Shown here in pieces: positions 25,946 to 39,189 of a stretch of 64,000 bases of DNA (position 1 is its first letter; every line of letters starts with the position of its first letter). Below the pieces are notes generated by a model. The model had not been told where the DNA came from and searched no databases. It was given only the letters and a program-made list of their open reading frames with translations. The DNA is from Camelus dromedarius. Its lineage: Eukaryota. The stretch lies in NCBI RefSeq assembly GCF_036321535.1, contig NC_087447.1, positions 39,310,001-39,374,000 on the forward strand. The letters run 5' to 3'. The position numbers and the translations under genes were made by a program.

Positions 25946-26878
25946 TCTCACAGCCTCCTTGCTCACTAGATTTGGCTGGACCTTGCAATTGGGCCAGATT
26001 GAAAACTAGAGGGAGAGAAGAAAGAGAGGATCAGATACTGGCCCAGGACAGACTCCTGCCCGACTGAGGATGACACAGCCAAAAGTCCCGCCCACAGCAG
26101 CTCAGTGGGTCTCTGGCCCCACCCACCAGGTCTCCTCTCCTCCCCTCCTGCTCCTACAGCAGCCCTGCCCCACGCAGCCCCTGCCCTACACTAGCAGTGG
26201 CTGGAGCTGGGAGAAACCCTTCCCCGCAGATGTGGGAGGGGGACAAATAACACAAGAAGATCTGTGGAAAGAAAGACTGTGTGGGTTAGAATCCTAAGGT
26301 CTGGGGTTGGGATCCTGAGTGGGTTTTACAGAAACTTTTTGCATACACTTCTGTCACAACACTGTGATATTTTAGATACATTAAATGAACAAAAACATTC
26401 AATGACAAATGGATTTTGTGGATGGCTAGGACCTGACATTTCTATGGTGACGTGTCTCAAATATTTGAGAACCGAGTACCAAAGACAATAAAATGTCTTC
26501 ATTTACTAAGTGAAGACAGAACGCATAGAACCCACACGCCTGTCACTTATACTGATACAAAGCAGAATCCTCGTGGTTCCTAAATCAAATAAAAGCTGCC
26601 CCTGCCCTTCTCCCTCTCCTCCTCTTCCCAGGAGACTTCTCAGCTGCTCTCTTTGACACCGCAGAGGGGCTGGAAGTGAATCATTTAGGGAGTCCACTGG
26701 GTTCCCAGTGGCAACCCCTTTTTGCAGACTGGTGGCCTGGAAGTTGTTTTGTCAGACTTCCCTTGTTCTCCTCTGATCATCTAGCAGGGACTGAAAACAC
26801 ATTGCCTGGAGGTGAGATTGCTTGGTTTTAGTTTTCTGCAGCTCTGCTAAATTCCTCCAGCAATACCAGTCCCCAGTA

Positions 26879-27190
26879 CAGCTGGTCCTCTGTATCTGCA
26901 GATTCCACATCCACGGATTCAACCAAACTTGGATTGAAAATATTTGGAAAAAATTCCAGAAAATTCCAAAAAGCAAAACTTGAGTTTGCTGCACACTGGC
27001 AACTATTTACATAGCATTTACATTGTAGTAGATATCATAAGTAATCTAGGGATGACAAAGTATACGGGAGGATGTGCAAGATTATGTGCAAATACTACGC
27101 CGTTTTGTATAAGGGACTTAAGCATCTACAGATTTTGGTTTCCACAGGGGGTTCTGGAACCAGTTCCCCAAGGAAACTGAAGGACGACCG
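26879..27190 (-). mobile_element. TcMar-Tigger MITE (MER2/MER2B-like), complete
   Basis: TA dinucleotide on both sides (26877-78, 27191-92); decayed TIRs cagctggtcctctgtatc and gaaactgaaggacgaccg; MER2 body. Confidence 0.9.
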
Positions 27191-27347
27191 TATTTAAACT
27201 TTCATACCCTGTGGATCCTCAGAAATGGCACCAGCCCTGTGATACCTCTTATTGGGAGCATTTAGATGCTTTGGCCTGAACTCCCACTTGACCAGGGAGA
27301 ATTATGCCTGACTAGAAAGCACAATTAAAACATCTAAATGCTTCCTT

Positions 27348-27895
27348 TTTTTTTTTTTTGCATTTTTTAAAATTTTTTATTGATTTATAATCATTTTACA
27401 ATGTTGTGTCAAATTCCAGTGTTCAGCACAATTTTTCAGTCATTCATGGACAGATACACACTCATTGTCACATTTTTTTTCTCTGTGAGTTATCATAACA
27501 TTTTGTGTATATTTCCCTGTGCTATACAGTATAATCTTGTTTATCTATTCTACAATTTTGAAATCCCAGTCTATCCCTTCCCACCCTCTACCCCCCTGGC
27601 AACCACAAGTCTGTATTCTCTGTCTATGAGTCTATTTCTGTCCTGTATTTATGCTTTGTTTTTGTTTGTTTGTTTTTGTTTTTGTTTTTGTTTTTTAGAT
27701 TCCACATATGAGCGATCTCATATGGTATTTTTCTTTCTCTTTCTGGCTTACTTCACTTAGAATGACATTCTCCAGGAGCATCCATGTTGCTGCGAATGGC
27801 ATTATGTTGTCGGTTTTTATGGCTGAGTAGTATTCCATTGTATAAATATACCACATCTTCTTTATCCAGTCACCTGTTGATGGACATTTAGGCTG
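27348..27895 (-). mobile_element. Young lineage-specific L1, 5'-truncated, with polyA and 22-bp TSD
   Basis: polyT head followed by antisense L1 3' UTR. TSD taaaac(a/g)tctaaa(t/c)gcttcctt at 27326-27347 and 27896-27917. Confidence 0.95.
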
Positions 27896-28062
27896 TAAAA
27901 CGTCTAAACGCTTCCTTGAGTTAGCATTTGAATGGTTGTTTTTGGTATGTTGTTGCGATCAATTTTGTGTTTGAATGTGCATCTGAAATGGTTCTCTGAA
28001 ATGATAAAGGATATCCAAAAATATATGGATGTATCTGCGTGATAAATTGTCAGAGCAAGTTG

Positions 28063-28310
28063 GAGGCAATGTGACATAGAAGAAAAACTGTGAGCTTTAA
28101 GTATTAGACAGATTCAGGGTTACAACCTAGGAACTGACTTATCTATCAGCTGTGTGTACTTGGCAAGGTTACTTAACTTCTCTGAGCGTTTCCTCCAATG
28201 TGAAGTAGGAATAATAGCACTTCACTTACCTCAGGGGCTATAGTAAGTATTAAATGGATCAAACACGTAAAGTGTCTACTCACTGCGTGGCACATTTGAA
28301 GCTGCTCTTA
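28063..28310 (+). mobile_element. MIR SINE, near full length
   Basis: agctgtgtgtacttggcaaggttacttaacttctctgagc...gtaaagtgtct...tggcacat. Confidence 0.85.
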
Positions 28311-29489
28311 GACAGTAGATTAAATATTTAGGATCTTGTTTCAATCATACAATAAATCGATGGATACTGGCTGTATTTACTATAAAGAACAGTAGAGGGC
28401 AGGCTTTACAAAGTTATTTATGAAACACTGTGTTTCAAATCATCTTCCAAGACGAAAGCTAGAATTCCAGAAATGACTTTCTTAAATACTTTGGCTGAAA
28501 GATGCTCCTATCGCTACTTTTAATTTCTTCACAGAAACTGGGGCTTTCCTGTTTTGTAAGAATTCCAAAGGAGGATATTGGGTAATATTTAACCCACAAC
28601 TTTCATCACCATGACGTGTATGTCTGGTCCTCAGATTATGGTGGAGGGTTTTTGACAGGTTTCTCTAACCACATTTATGCCTGTCATAGATTTAATGATA
28701 AACAGAGGAACTAAAGGATGCCAAATTCTCTTGACATCACTTCAAATTGCATCATGTCAAAATAGCATGAAGTTCGTGACTAGAAGCATTATGAAATAGA
28801 GAGTGTCAACTTGCAGCTGACTGGAGATCAGATCACACTTAGTTAATGATTGGGATTGCAATGGGTGTGAATTCCATTCCACGACGAAAGAACAAATGGA
28901 CACTTAATAAATATTTGTGAAAATCTGAAGAGGTGCTGCAGGCTAAATGTTTGTTTGTTCCAGTTTTCACCGCCACCCTATCTCTGAGGGAACCGCCTCA
29001 CCCAGTCTCCACAGCATTATGACGGCACTGCTTGGCATCTTTAATAATTTAGAGATGAAAAAATGGCTTGAAACTAGTATTTATTTGATTACCGAAGATG
29101 AACATCTTTCCCCTGGGGATCTGAACATTTTTATTTCTTCTCTTATGAATGGCCTGATCATATCTTTGGCTCATTCTTCTGAGTCCTGATAATTTTTTTT
29201 CTTCACTTCTGCATAGGGTTCCTGGTAACTATTGATATCCTTTGGAAACATAAGTGACTCAGTTCCATCAGTCTGATTTCCTAGCAGATCACATAGTGCA
29301 TGGTTAGCACTCTATAAAATGTTTATTGAATTGTACTCTTTTAAATTAGTTTATATTTTAAAAGACAGTTTTCAAATGTAAAGAAAATGTATATTCATAA
29401 TTTTAAAAAATATTGAATAGGTAAGCAAAGTAGAAAGATCACCCCCAAAGGCAAAGACTCTATCTTCTGTAGGAACGTAAAAAAAAATT

Positions 29490-29795
29490 TTTTTAATTCT
29501 TATTTTTTTTATAGAATTGTAGTTTTTTTTTTATAGAATTGTATAGAAATGTTAGTTTCAGGTGTACAGCAAAGTGATTCAGTTATACATGTACATACAT
29601 ACATATTTTTCAGTTTCTTTTCCATTATAGCTCATTATAAGAAATTGAATGTAATTCCCTGTGCTATACGGTAGGTCCTTATCATTTACGTATTTTATAT
29701 ATAGTAGTTTGTACCCGTTAATCTCAAACTCCTAATCTATCCCTCCTCCAATTCCTTTCTCCCCTGGTAACCACAGTTTGTTTTCTATGTCTGTT
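29490..29795 (-). mobile_element. Artiodactyl-type L1 3' end
   Basis: gttagtttcaggtgtacagcaaagtgattcagttatacat...ttccctgtgctatacggtaggtcc. Confidence 0.9.
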
Positions 29796-29909
29796 TTAAT
29801 GGCTAAACACTGTTTGATCGAGCTACATTCTCACTTACCTACTTCCTAACTCTTTCTCAGTTAGTTTCTTTTTGTTTTATGATAATTCTGTTAAAAGGAC
29901 AGAAATACT

Positions 29910-30034
29910 GGGTGGGTATAGCACAGTGGCAAAGCACATGCTTAGCATGCATGAGGCCCTGGGTTCAAAAGCTGATATTTCCATTGAGAAAATAAAATGA
30001 TTTTTTTTAAGTAAAAAAAAATTTAAAAATTTAG
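29910..30034 (+). mobile_element. tRNA-Ala-derived SINE (vic-1-like)
   Basis: gggtatagcacagtggcaaagcacatgcttagcatgcatgaggccctgggttcaa. TSD aaaggacagaaat at 29894-29906 and 30035-30047. Confidence 0.9.
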
Positions 30035-30397
30035 AAAGGACAGAAATGCCAAATTGTAAGAGTTTACATTTATAGTTCTATTCTCACCAAGTAATTCTTC
30101 TCCACCTTGCCTCCCAGACACATACACCAACTTTCCTTCTCCCTCCCTTTCTCCACCTCTCCCCCTTCCCCGACCAGAACAGCAGGTCCAGAGAAGGCAT
30201 CTGTGCTGTGCTGAGCTGGGGGGAAGTAGAAGACTTATGAATGGCTTGAAGGTATGAGAAGTAGTTTAAGAAGAAGGTAGCTGGAGTTGCTCAGAGGGAA
30301 CAAATATCAGGGAGGTAGGTGGCAGAGAAGAAGATGAAGGAGTTGAGCTTTGGGGAAACAGTTGATTAAAGAGGATTTAAAGTTTTGATGTCTAAAC

Positions 30398-31819
30398 CAG
30401 CACTACACATGCTGGGATATGAACTGTTTATCTGTGCTAAGCTAATTGCAAAAAGCAAGAGCAAGCATTAAGAAACCTTTCTAGAAATCTGACATTGCTG
30501 CAATAGCCGGGTGGACTTGTCTTGTTGAACAGAGAATGTGGGCAAGTTGCTCAGTCTTGTGCAAAAGGACCATGTCACAGCAGGTGGTATTTGAAGTTAT
30601 TTTATCAACGGCAACTCAAAAGTCTATAAAAAGCTGAGAAAATGTGAGAATATAAAAACGAACTCAGTGTTTCTGCAAGATTAGAAGCCATTTTGGTCAA
30701 CTTTTAGATGTGAATTGGATAAGCAAACTTGCTTATTTGTCTGATATTTTGATAATTTTTAATCATCATAATGCTTCCGTGCAAGGAAGTAACAGCCTAT
30801 TCCTTCAATGGCAGATACAATCTAAGGGCGTAAAAAAAAAATAGAAACTTGGAAGAACTGCGTTTCTACAGATTGTTAGGCGTGTTCCATGGTTTAACAA
30901 CAATGATCAATGAGGTGATGATCTTGTCTCCTCACACCTGTACAAAGTTTTCACTGAATACGTGTCCAATTTGAAAGCACATTTAAAAAATGTAACTTTC
31001 CATCAAGTGAAGACCCATGCAAAGGCAATTCATAGATGTATAATCCCTTTCTTTTATCAAAAGGTAATTTAAATTTAACCTTAGCTCTACAGGATATTTT
31101 GTTGGAACTGGCAACTGCTGAGGATTGAAAATGAGTTTTAAAAATACAGTATCGCTTGCTTAATTTTGTATAAAAGTTAAAAATGAATGTCATGGACTCA
31201 GTGAAATTGCTTTAAATCTCTTCTCCCATACTGTCAACAGCCCTCTGGAAGACTGATTTCCTTACTGAGTATTGTTAAAATGAAATACGGGAAGAGTTTA
31301 GATACACATTATCCCCTGCGAATAATATGTCATCAATCTAACGAATTAAACAAGTTAATAAGGAAGAAGCAAGTTCAGTTTTTACATGAAAAATTTCAAG
31401 TATTTGCATTTGTACACTGTTCATTTAAAGTGTGAGTATAGAAGTTTAAGATGGGTAATTGCTATTTTATCCATAATTTTTTGTTTGTTTACATTGCTTA
31501 GTTACAATTACAGAACCACCAAAGTTACAAGTGTAATAACAATTTCCTTCACTAATTATCTATATGCACAATTTCAATTAATGTGTATAATTCCTGTAAT
31601 TTTTTCTTATATGCCATGTCATTCTAGTTCTGATTTATTTAAATTCAGCTTTATGTCTGTTAAGTCTAATAATAAAAATTGGACTTGTATCATACATATT
31701 TTTAAATTTCACTTTTCTGATTGCTCATTTTTATTACACTTTACAAAATTATCAGTGTGTGATGGATTATACATTTAAAAACCCTGGTCCTTTAGTACAA
31801 ATGATCTTGGAAGCATCTG
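30398..31819 (+). mobile_element. hAT-Charlie DNA transposon (Charlie7-like), internally deleted, with decayed transposase C-terminus
   Basis: Translated remnants KLAYLSDI (30725-30748), EDPCKGNS*MYNPF, QDILLELATAE and KKQVQFLH. Both termini are recognisable, and the left end follows a gtctaaac target. Confidence 0.8.
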
Positions 31820-32269
31820 TGAAATCACTCCTCAGAGTGCTTACAAAAAAGTTCAGCAGAGATTTTCAGAGAAAATCTACATTAGCAATCAAGGCTTTTG
31901 GAAGGCAGAGTTATGTTTTATTTTCATGTAACCTCCTCGCTGACGGAACCTTAAAGCAGGTCCAGGCTGAGTTGGATCACACATTTTGATGTTCTAACCT
32001 TGGACCACTTTTAGTGTTACTGCCTCAGAATGCATCTGAGGAGTGGAAAGTTAACACATTAAATACTTTCAAAGCTGGAAATAATAGGTTTCACAAAATT
32101 TCTTCGAAATATTAGAAGCAGGAGACACAGCTGTGAAACCCGATAAGATTCGAGGCCTAGGCTGAAAGTGAGAAGACCTGGAAGTTCAGTCTTAGCTCTA
32201 GGTCTTGCCTGACCTCTAGCCAGTACAGACAAACAAGCATCTTCCTTGACCTTACTTCTTCTGTAGGCC

Positions 32270-32655
32270 ACCATCCCAATTCCCTTCTTGTCATAACAGC
32301 TAACTCTCTCAATGTTTCTCAGAAATGGTATCCCACACTTACTGCCTCCTCGCTGGCCCCCTGTGGGTCTCCACTCCCTACTGGAGGCCTCACCCTCCCA
32401 TTACAGTGTATAGGACCAGGTCCTCTGCACAGACCGATGTTGCGTGCAGTCTCTGCGGCCTCCCCTCTCTCCTGCCACCCTGACTCTCTCTGTTCTTCTC
32501 CCACTTCTGAGTCCTCATCTTCATTCTCCTCCACTCTCTGACTTTTCTTCTCTCCACCCTCTGGGAAGGTCTTTCTCATCCCGCTTCTTTTCTATCCCCC
32601 TGGGGATCTCATCAAATTCACAGGGGCCGATGTTGATCTCTCACATTTATGTAAG
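32270..32655 (+). mobile_element. L2 RT-region fragment
   Basis: Pyrimidine-rich; ccctggggatctcatcaaattcacagg...gatctctcacatttat. Confidence 0.5.
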
Positions 32656-32667
32656 TCACACAGCTGC

Positions 32668-32960
32668 GGATACAAGTTTTCCAAAATTCTAATTTTCATT
32701 TTAACAGCTCAATTTTTGATACTGATTTTTTTTTTAAAAGTCTGTTGTTTCCCTTGAAGTGATAGGCTTACTTCACTCATTTTCAAGAAAATACCTGCCC
32801 AGTACCCAACTCTGAATGTCTGCAGTTAATCAGTCCTGCAAGTAAAAGTGGTTCCCCATGAAACAAGCATCTAATTTAGCTCCTATGTCAAGCCGTTGGA
32901 CGTGTGTTTTCCTTGGCATGAAGCATCCAATGTGTCTTTTTGGTCGTGTCACGGCTGAGA
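32668..32960. mobile_element. hAT-Tip100 fragment (Arthur1-like)
   Basis: caagttttccaaaattctaattttc...cttgaagtgataggcttacttcactcattttcaagaaaat, matching a recalled consensus. Confidence 0.55.
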
Positions 32961-34024
32961 AATAATTTGCTTCTCTTTACATTTAGCCTCTAATCTCTAA
33001 GCCTTAAACTACAGTGACTTTATTTTCTGAATCTCAAATCAGAACACATGGGCTTTTATGCCAGTGGGAGGCATAAGAGTCAGGCTGAAAAGTAAGTGTC
33101 TCAATGGCTTTGATACTTTGCACAGTTGACCATGAGAACACTTGAAATTGGAACTATCTTAAAAATCCCTGATACAAGCTGCTGATGATGCTGGTGAGTG
33201 TCAAGTGCCTCCAGGAATGTGATGGGGAGCAATGGGACCATGTCAGTGTCCTACTTGGAGACATTCAGGCAAATCCTTGAATGTCAGACTTAGCATAGTC
33301 TAATTTAAATTGACATTCCATAATGGAGCCACTTAGAACTGCCTCATCAACTCTGTCAACAGTCTAGACTCTGAGACACCAAGTCAAAGAGCATCTGGTA
33401 AAGACCACACCTGTCCTACCTCCTTGCACACACAAGTGATGCTAGAAATGCTGGATAGACTGTTTAGCTGTCTGATTCTGGAGGTGGATCTGTTGAGGTC
33501 ATGTGATCACAGATAACACCTGTTGGTAAGACAAACCCATAATTAATCCATGATTGTTGGACAGGTGAAAAAATGGGGCATTGTCGAGGGAGGGAACTGA
33601 TTACCGTCTTCATGCCTTGCCCATCTGGCTGCATTAAAACCCACACCCGCTCTGACAGATGGTCACTAGCTGGAGAGAAGGGGGAGAATTACAAGATACA
33701 AATGATAAATGGACACCACAGCCTCCCTTTGTGGTCAGTATGAGGGGGTTTTATTCTTAAATTGTTCAAAAAATATTTATGAAGAAGTGGATTTTTTACT
33801 CTCTCTTTGGGACATTTTGAGGCTCTAGGCAAGCATGCCACTTCTCCATTCTCTCAAGAAGCCTTAAATATTTCTATCCATTTACCTTTTTGCAATGTAT
33901 GTACATTAATTCATGTTTGATGGTTATTGGGAAGTTTTGTGGAAGGAAGGTCATATATTACTATGAACAGTTATTATTGTATGATTGTACTTTCTATCAT
34001 GTATAAGGGCAATATCTAATGTCA

Positions 34025-34260
34025 ACTGACATTTGGTGGGATATTATCACGTGTTAGGCATTTTGAGTGCACTGCGTGCGTTAACTAATTGAAATCTTAC
34101 AAAATCCTACAAGATAGGCACTATTACCATCCCTATTTTACAAAGGAAGAAACTGAGGCATGCAGTGATGAAGTGACTCATCAAGAGCACACAACTGGTA
34201 AATGAAGGGGCTGAGACCATCTGGCTGATTCTAAAGCCCGTTCTACACCATTTTGCTTTA
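34025..34260 (-). mobile_element. MIR SINE
   Basis: ggcactattaccatccctattttacaaaggaagaaactgaggca. Confidence 0.85.
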
Positions 34261-35479
34261 CTGTGGGTAAAATGGAAAGAAAGTTAAGATGAGAAGATCC
34301 CAGGGTTACTGCCAGCCCCATGCTAAACAAATTGTGTGGCTCTGGATAAGACACACAATCCCCTGGTTCTCGGTTTTTTCGTTTCTGAAACAGGAGTGGT
34401 AATATGCCTGTTTTAGAAATGAGAAATACCTGCCCTGCTTAACTCGTGTGTTTGGTGAGGATAAAAAGACAGTGAGTTCCTTGAGAGAAGGAATTGTAGG
34501 ATTTATAACTGTAATCTGAGCCCCAAATGTAATGCTTCAACGAGAATTTTTTTTAAATGATTACATGCATGCATGGATGAATGAGTCAATGATTCTATGA
34601 AATGATGGATGTGAGAGAACCTTTAAAAACTGCAGATTGTATAAAGGCTTGTTCTTTATATGTCATGTTGCCTATGATATCTTAAAATAAAAATTTCACC
34701 AAATTTTTAAATTTAGCTTTCTGAGATAATTGTAGATTCGCGTGCAAATGCAAGAAGCAATACAGAAAGCTCCTGTGTACCCTTTACTTGGTTTTCCTCA
34801 GTAGTTAACATCTTGCAAAACTATAGTACAATATCACAATCTGGATATTATAGAGCCAAGATGCAGAACATTTCCATCACCACAAATATCCCTCATGTTG
34901 CCCTTTTATAGCCACATTCATTTCCCCTGTGCCTCCACACCCTCCTTGGAAACCACTGATTTGTTCTGTATTTCTGAAATTTTGTCACTTTAAGGATTTT
35001 ACATAAATGCAATCATACAATGGTAACCTTTTGAGATTGCCTTATTTTTTTTTTTTCTGTTACTCAGCATCATTCTCTGGAGGTTCATCCAGACTGTGTG
35101 TATCAACAGTTTGTTCCTTTTTATTTCTGCGTGTTATTCTTTGGTACCAATGTACCACAATTGGTTTAGCCCTTTGTTCATTGCAGGACATCTAGTTACC
35201 TAGTTTTTGGTTGTTAAAAATAAAGCTGTAATAAACATTTGTGTGCATGTATTTGTGTAAACATGTTCTCTTTCTCTAGGATCAATGCCCAGGAGTATGA
35301 TTAAGGGGTCATGTGGTAGTTGGGTGTTTAGTTTTTTTAAGAAACTGCCTGTTTTTCCAAAGTGGCTGTACCATTTTACATTCCCAGCAGCAATGTGTGA
35401 ATGATAGTTTCTCTGCATCCTTGCCAGCATTCGGCATTCTCACTATTTTTAATTTTAGCCATTCTGATAGGTTCACAGG

Positions 35480-35872
35480 TATCATAGAATGAGTTGTGTC
35501 TCCCTCCAAATTCATATATTGAAGCCCTCATGCCCTGTATTTGGATACAGGGCCTTTAGGGAGGTAATCAAGGTTAAATGAGGACATAAGAGTGGGACTA
35601 TAATCATATAGGACTGGGGTCCTTACAAAAAGAGGAAGAGCCACTAGAGTAGTCACTCTCTGAGTAAGAGAGAGCACAGATAAGATGTCTCGTGAGGACA
35701 CAGTAAGAAGGTAACTGTCTAAAGCTAGGAAGGGAGGTCTCACCAGAACCCAACCCTCATGGCACCTTGATCTTGAACTTGTAGCCTCCAGAACTGTAAG
35801 AAAATACATTTCTGTTGTTTAAGTCACCCAGTCTGTGGTATTTTGTTATGTCAGCCCTAGCAAACTAATATA
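35480..35872 (+). mobile_element. MaLR solo LTR (MLT1A/A0-like)
   Basis: caaattcatatattgaagccct...ggcaccttgatcttgaacttgtagcctccagaactgtaaga...gccctagcaaactaata. Confidence 0.9.
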
Positions 35873-36004
35873 GCCATGGTATCTCTTGTGGTTTTCCCAG
35901 TGGCTAATGATGCTGAATATCTTTTCATGTGCTTATTTTCTATTTGTTTATCCTCTTCAGTGAAATGTCTGTTTGTGTCTTTTGCTCAGTTTCCAACTGG
36001 ATTC

Positions 36005-36525
36005 TTTTTTTTTTTTTAATTAATGTTATTTACTTATTTATTTTAAACTTTTTTTATTGAGTTATAGTCATTTTTACAATGTTGTGTCAAATTCCAGTGT
36101 AGAGCCCAATTTTTCAGTTATACATGAACATACATATATTCATTGTCACATTTTTTTTCACTGTGAGCTACCACAAGATCTTGTATATACTTCTCTGTGC
36201 TATACAGTATAATCCTGTTTATCTGTTCTACGTATGCCTGTCAGTATCTACAAATTTTGAACTCCCAATTTATCCCTTCCCATCCCCTCCCCCCTCTGGT
36301 AACCATAAGTTTGTTTTCTATGTTTGTGAGTCTGTTTCTGTTTTGTAAATAAGTTCATTTGTATCTTTTTTTTTTTTTTTTTTTTAGATTCCACATATGA
36401 GTGATCTCATATGGTATTTTTCTTTCTCTTTCTGGCTTACTTCACTTAGAATGACATTCTCCAGGAACATCCATGTTGCTGCAAATAGTGTTATACTGTC
36501 TTTTTAATGGCTGAATAGTATTCCA
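36005..36525 (-). mobile_element. Young lineage-specific L1, 5'-truncated, with TSD
   Basis: Closely related to 27348-27895. TSD ttccaactggatt at 35991-36003 and 36526-36538. Confidence 0.95.
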
Positions 36526-37587
36526 TTCCAACTGGATTATTTTTAACTGTTGCGTTTGAAAGTTCTTTATATATTCTAGATACTAGTCCTGTGTCAGATA
36601 TGTGGCCAATATTTTCTCTCAGTCTATAACTTGTCTTTTCATCCTCTTCACATCCTCTTTCATAGAACAAAATTTCTTATTTTAAATGGTACCACTTCCT
36701 TTTATATCCCTTTACCTTCCCCAGTCCATAATATAATTGCCTTAAATATTTCCTCTAATACATTTAGGACCACATCAGACAGTGTCATAATTTTGCTCCA
36801 ACCATCAAAGATAATATAGAAAACTGAAGAGGTGATGGAAAGTCTATTGTATTTACTCATATTTCGCTTATGTATTTACCACCAATACAGAGAACTTTGT
36901 ATTCTTTCTTCCTTTCTGGTGTTCTAAGATTCCTTCTATTATTGTTTCCTTTCGGTTTAGAGGATTTCCTTTAGCCATTCTTTGGAGTAAATGTGCTGAT
37001 GGCAAATTTGCTAATTATCCTTCACCTGAGAAAGAATACCTTGATTTCCCCTTTATTTCTGAAGGATACTTTTGCTAAGTATAGGATTCTGAGTAGACAA
37101 TTTTTTCCTTTCAGCAATTGAAAAATGTTGTGCTACTTTGTTTTAGCCTTTATAGTTTCTAATGAGAAAGTCACTGTTATTTGAATTGTTCTTCTTCTGT
37201 AGAAATTATTTCTTTGTCTTTAGGTTTCAGGGGTTTCACTAGTATGTCCTGGTGTGAGGTTTTTTACTGGGAGTTTATCCTGATAGGGTTCACTAAGCTT
37301 CTTCAATCTGTGGGTTTATGTCTTTTGCCAAATTTGAGAAGTTTTCAGCCATTATTTCTTTGAGTGCTTTTTCATTCCTATCCTCTTTCATCTTTGCTTC
37401 TGGGACTCCAATGATATGAGTGTCAGATTTTCTTTTTATGGTGACACAGATCTGTAAGGGTGTGCTAGAAAGGATATGTAATAATCGGTTTTGTCATTTC
37501 AAAGCCTGACAGTTTGTTTTAATAAAACATCTTTTTCTAGGCACACTCTATGGAGCCCCTGTGCTGAATAGAGGCATCCTTCTAAAC

Positions 37588-37805
37588 CAGGGGTTGCCAG
37601 ACTTTCTAAATGACCAGATAATAAATGTTTCAGGCTTTGTGGGTCAAATGGTCTCTGCTACAACTATTCAACTCTGCTATTCTAGTGTGAAAGCAGCCAT
37701 AGAAGTATGTAAATGAATGAGTGTGGTCGTGTTTCGATAAAACTTTATTTTCAGAAACAGGCAGTGAGCCAATTTAGTCCACTGATCATAGTTTGCTGAC
37801 CCCTG
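37588..37805 (+). mobile_element. MER58A-like hAT-Charlie MITE, complete
   Basis: TIRs caggggttgccagact and agtttgctgacccctg; flanks ttctaaac and atctagtc. Confidence 0.9.
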
Positions 37806-37829
37806 ATCTAGTCATTGTTTCCTTCCTGC

Positions 37830-37940
37830 TCCGTCTTTCTCTGTAAAAGAGGGTTGTTCTGAGAATTAAAGAAGTTACTGTTTGCAAAGTGCTCAGAACA
37901 AGACCTGGCAAATAGTAATCTTTATAGGAAGTTAGCGTTT
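37830..37940 (+). mobile_element. MIR 3' half
   Basis: ctgtaaaa...gggttgttctgagaattaaa...aaagtgctcagaacaagacctggcaaatagtaa. Confidence 0.75.
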
Positions 37941-38819
37941 AGCTCTTGTTTCCTATCCAGCCCTCTACACCATTCACATGAGACACCTCAGGGTTAGCTG
38001 GAGGTGATGTGGAGGAAATGCTCTAGGGCTGAAAGGGGAACTGTGATCATTTGCTCATTAGTTAGCTAGGTCACTTCAACTGTAAATTAAGTAAAGAGCT
38101 AACCAGGTTCATTTCTACCTTGAGTGTCCATGACTTTGTGAGCATCCCCCTGCTTTCATCCTCCCCAGAGAGGAGTGAGGTAGGGGAGAGAATTTGTTCT
38201 GGAGTTAGACGATCTCAGTCTAAGCTCTGCCTCTACCCATTTGGCTTCCCCTCATTGACCTGCAGTATCCTTGTGTCTAAAATGGGAATGATCATCCACT
38301 TCACATTTATACACAATGATGCGTGCATAAATTATACAAAATGATGTGTATAAATAACACTTTGCAAATCATAAAGTACTTTGCAACTGTTGGTAATTAT
38401 TTACATTAGGCTGTAAGGAATCTAGCTCATCCATTCGTGGGTTCCTTTCCTACAGTTTTCAGCCTCTGCAGTGGGAAAGGTGGCACTTAGAGGGGCTGTA
38501 AAGATCCAATACGTGGTTCTACCGGAGGAGGAAGGGGGGTTGTTATTTAACACTAATATGTAATTAGTGGTTGAAAATAAGATAAATTGTGCAGGTCTTT
38601 GTTCCACTAAATGGTACCTCTGTGGCTTTCCAAACTTTACATGCTTCAGTGTAGTCAAAGGGGAAACAACTGACCTTTCTCTTACTGAGGTGTGTTATAC
38701 AATTGCCTGTTAAGAGTAGTTAGCAATTGAAAGAAAGCTGAGTTTGCAATGAAGCTAACAGGCTGTTCCGCTTTAGCAGTGCTGCTGATGCCTATAGGCT
38801 GGGACCTAAAAGAGGAATT

Positions 38820-39000
38820 CAGTTCAACTCAATTCAGCCCAACTTTATTCAATAAACTGAGCTTTGCTATTTGCTGGGCACCGTGCTAGGGGCAAGGGAT
38901 ACAAAAATGAGTTTAATGGCCTCTGACCTCCTGGAACTTATAGCTCCAGGAGGGAAACAGACATCAACTCTAAGTTACAGTGCAGGGGCTCTGACATTAG
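38820..39000 (-). mobile_element. L2 3' end
   Basis: ttcaataaactgagc...ctgggcaccgtgctaggggcaagggatacaaaaatga. Confidence 0.7.
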
Positions 39001-39189
39001 CAGGTGTCTACAGAGAGATTTTTTCTTAATAGGTTGCTACCCTTTTAATAACTGTTTTTGTTCCTTCAAATTGAGATGCTGGCCCAATTTAAAAACATTT
39101 ATTTTTAAGAGCTTCATAAATGGGAGCTTTATGAGTTTAGTTTTGTTGGCAATTTCCTTGTTTGAAAAGTAGAAGAAAGCAAGGTGTCC

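Larger units (their letters stand above)
34706..37460 (-). mobile_element. L1MC-type element in pieces (3' end 34706-35479; 35873-36004; 36539-36690; ORF1 region 36690-37460)
   Basis: L1MC 3' end gagataattgtagattc...cttgcaaaactatagtacaatatcacaa, ORF2 remnant ORFs 35200-35515, and antisense ORF1-type sequence tgaaggatacttttgctaagtataggattct. Confidence 0.8.
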
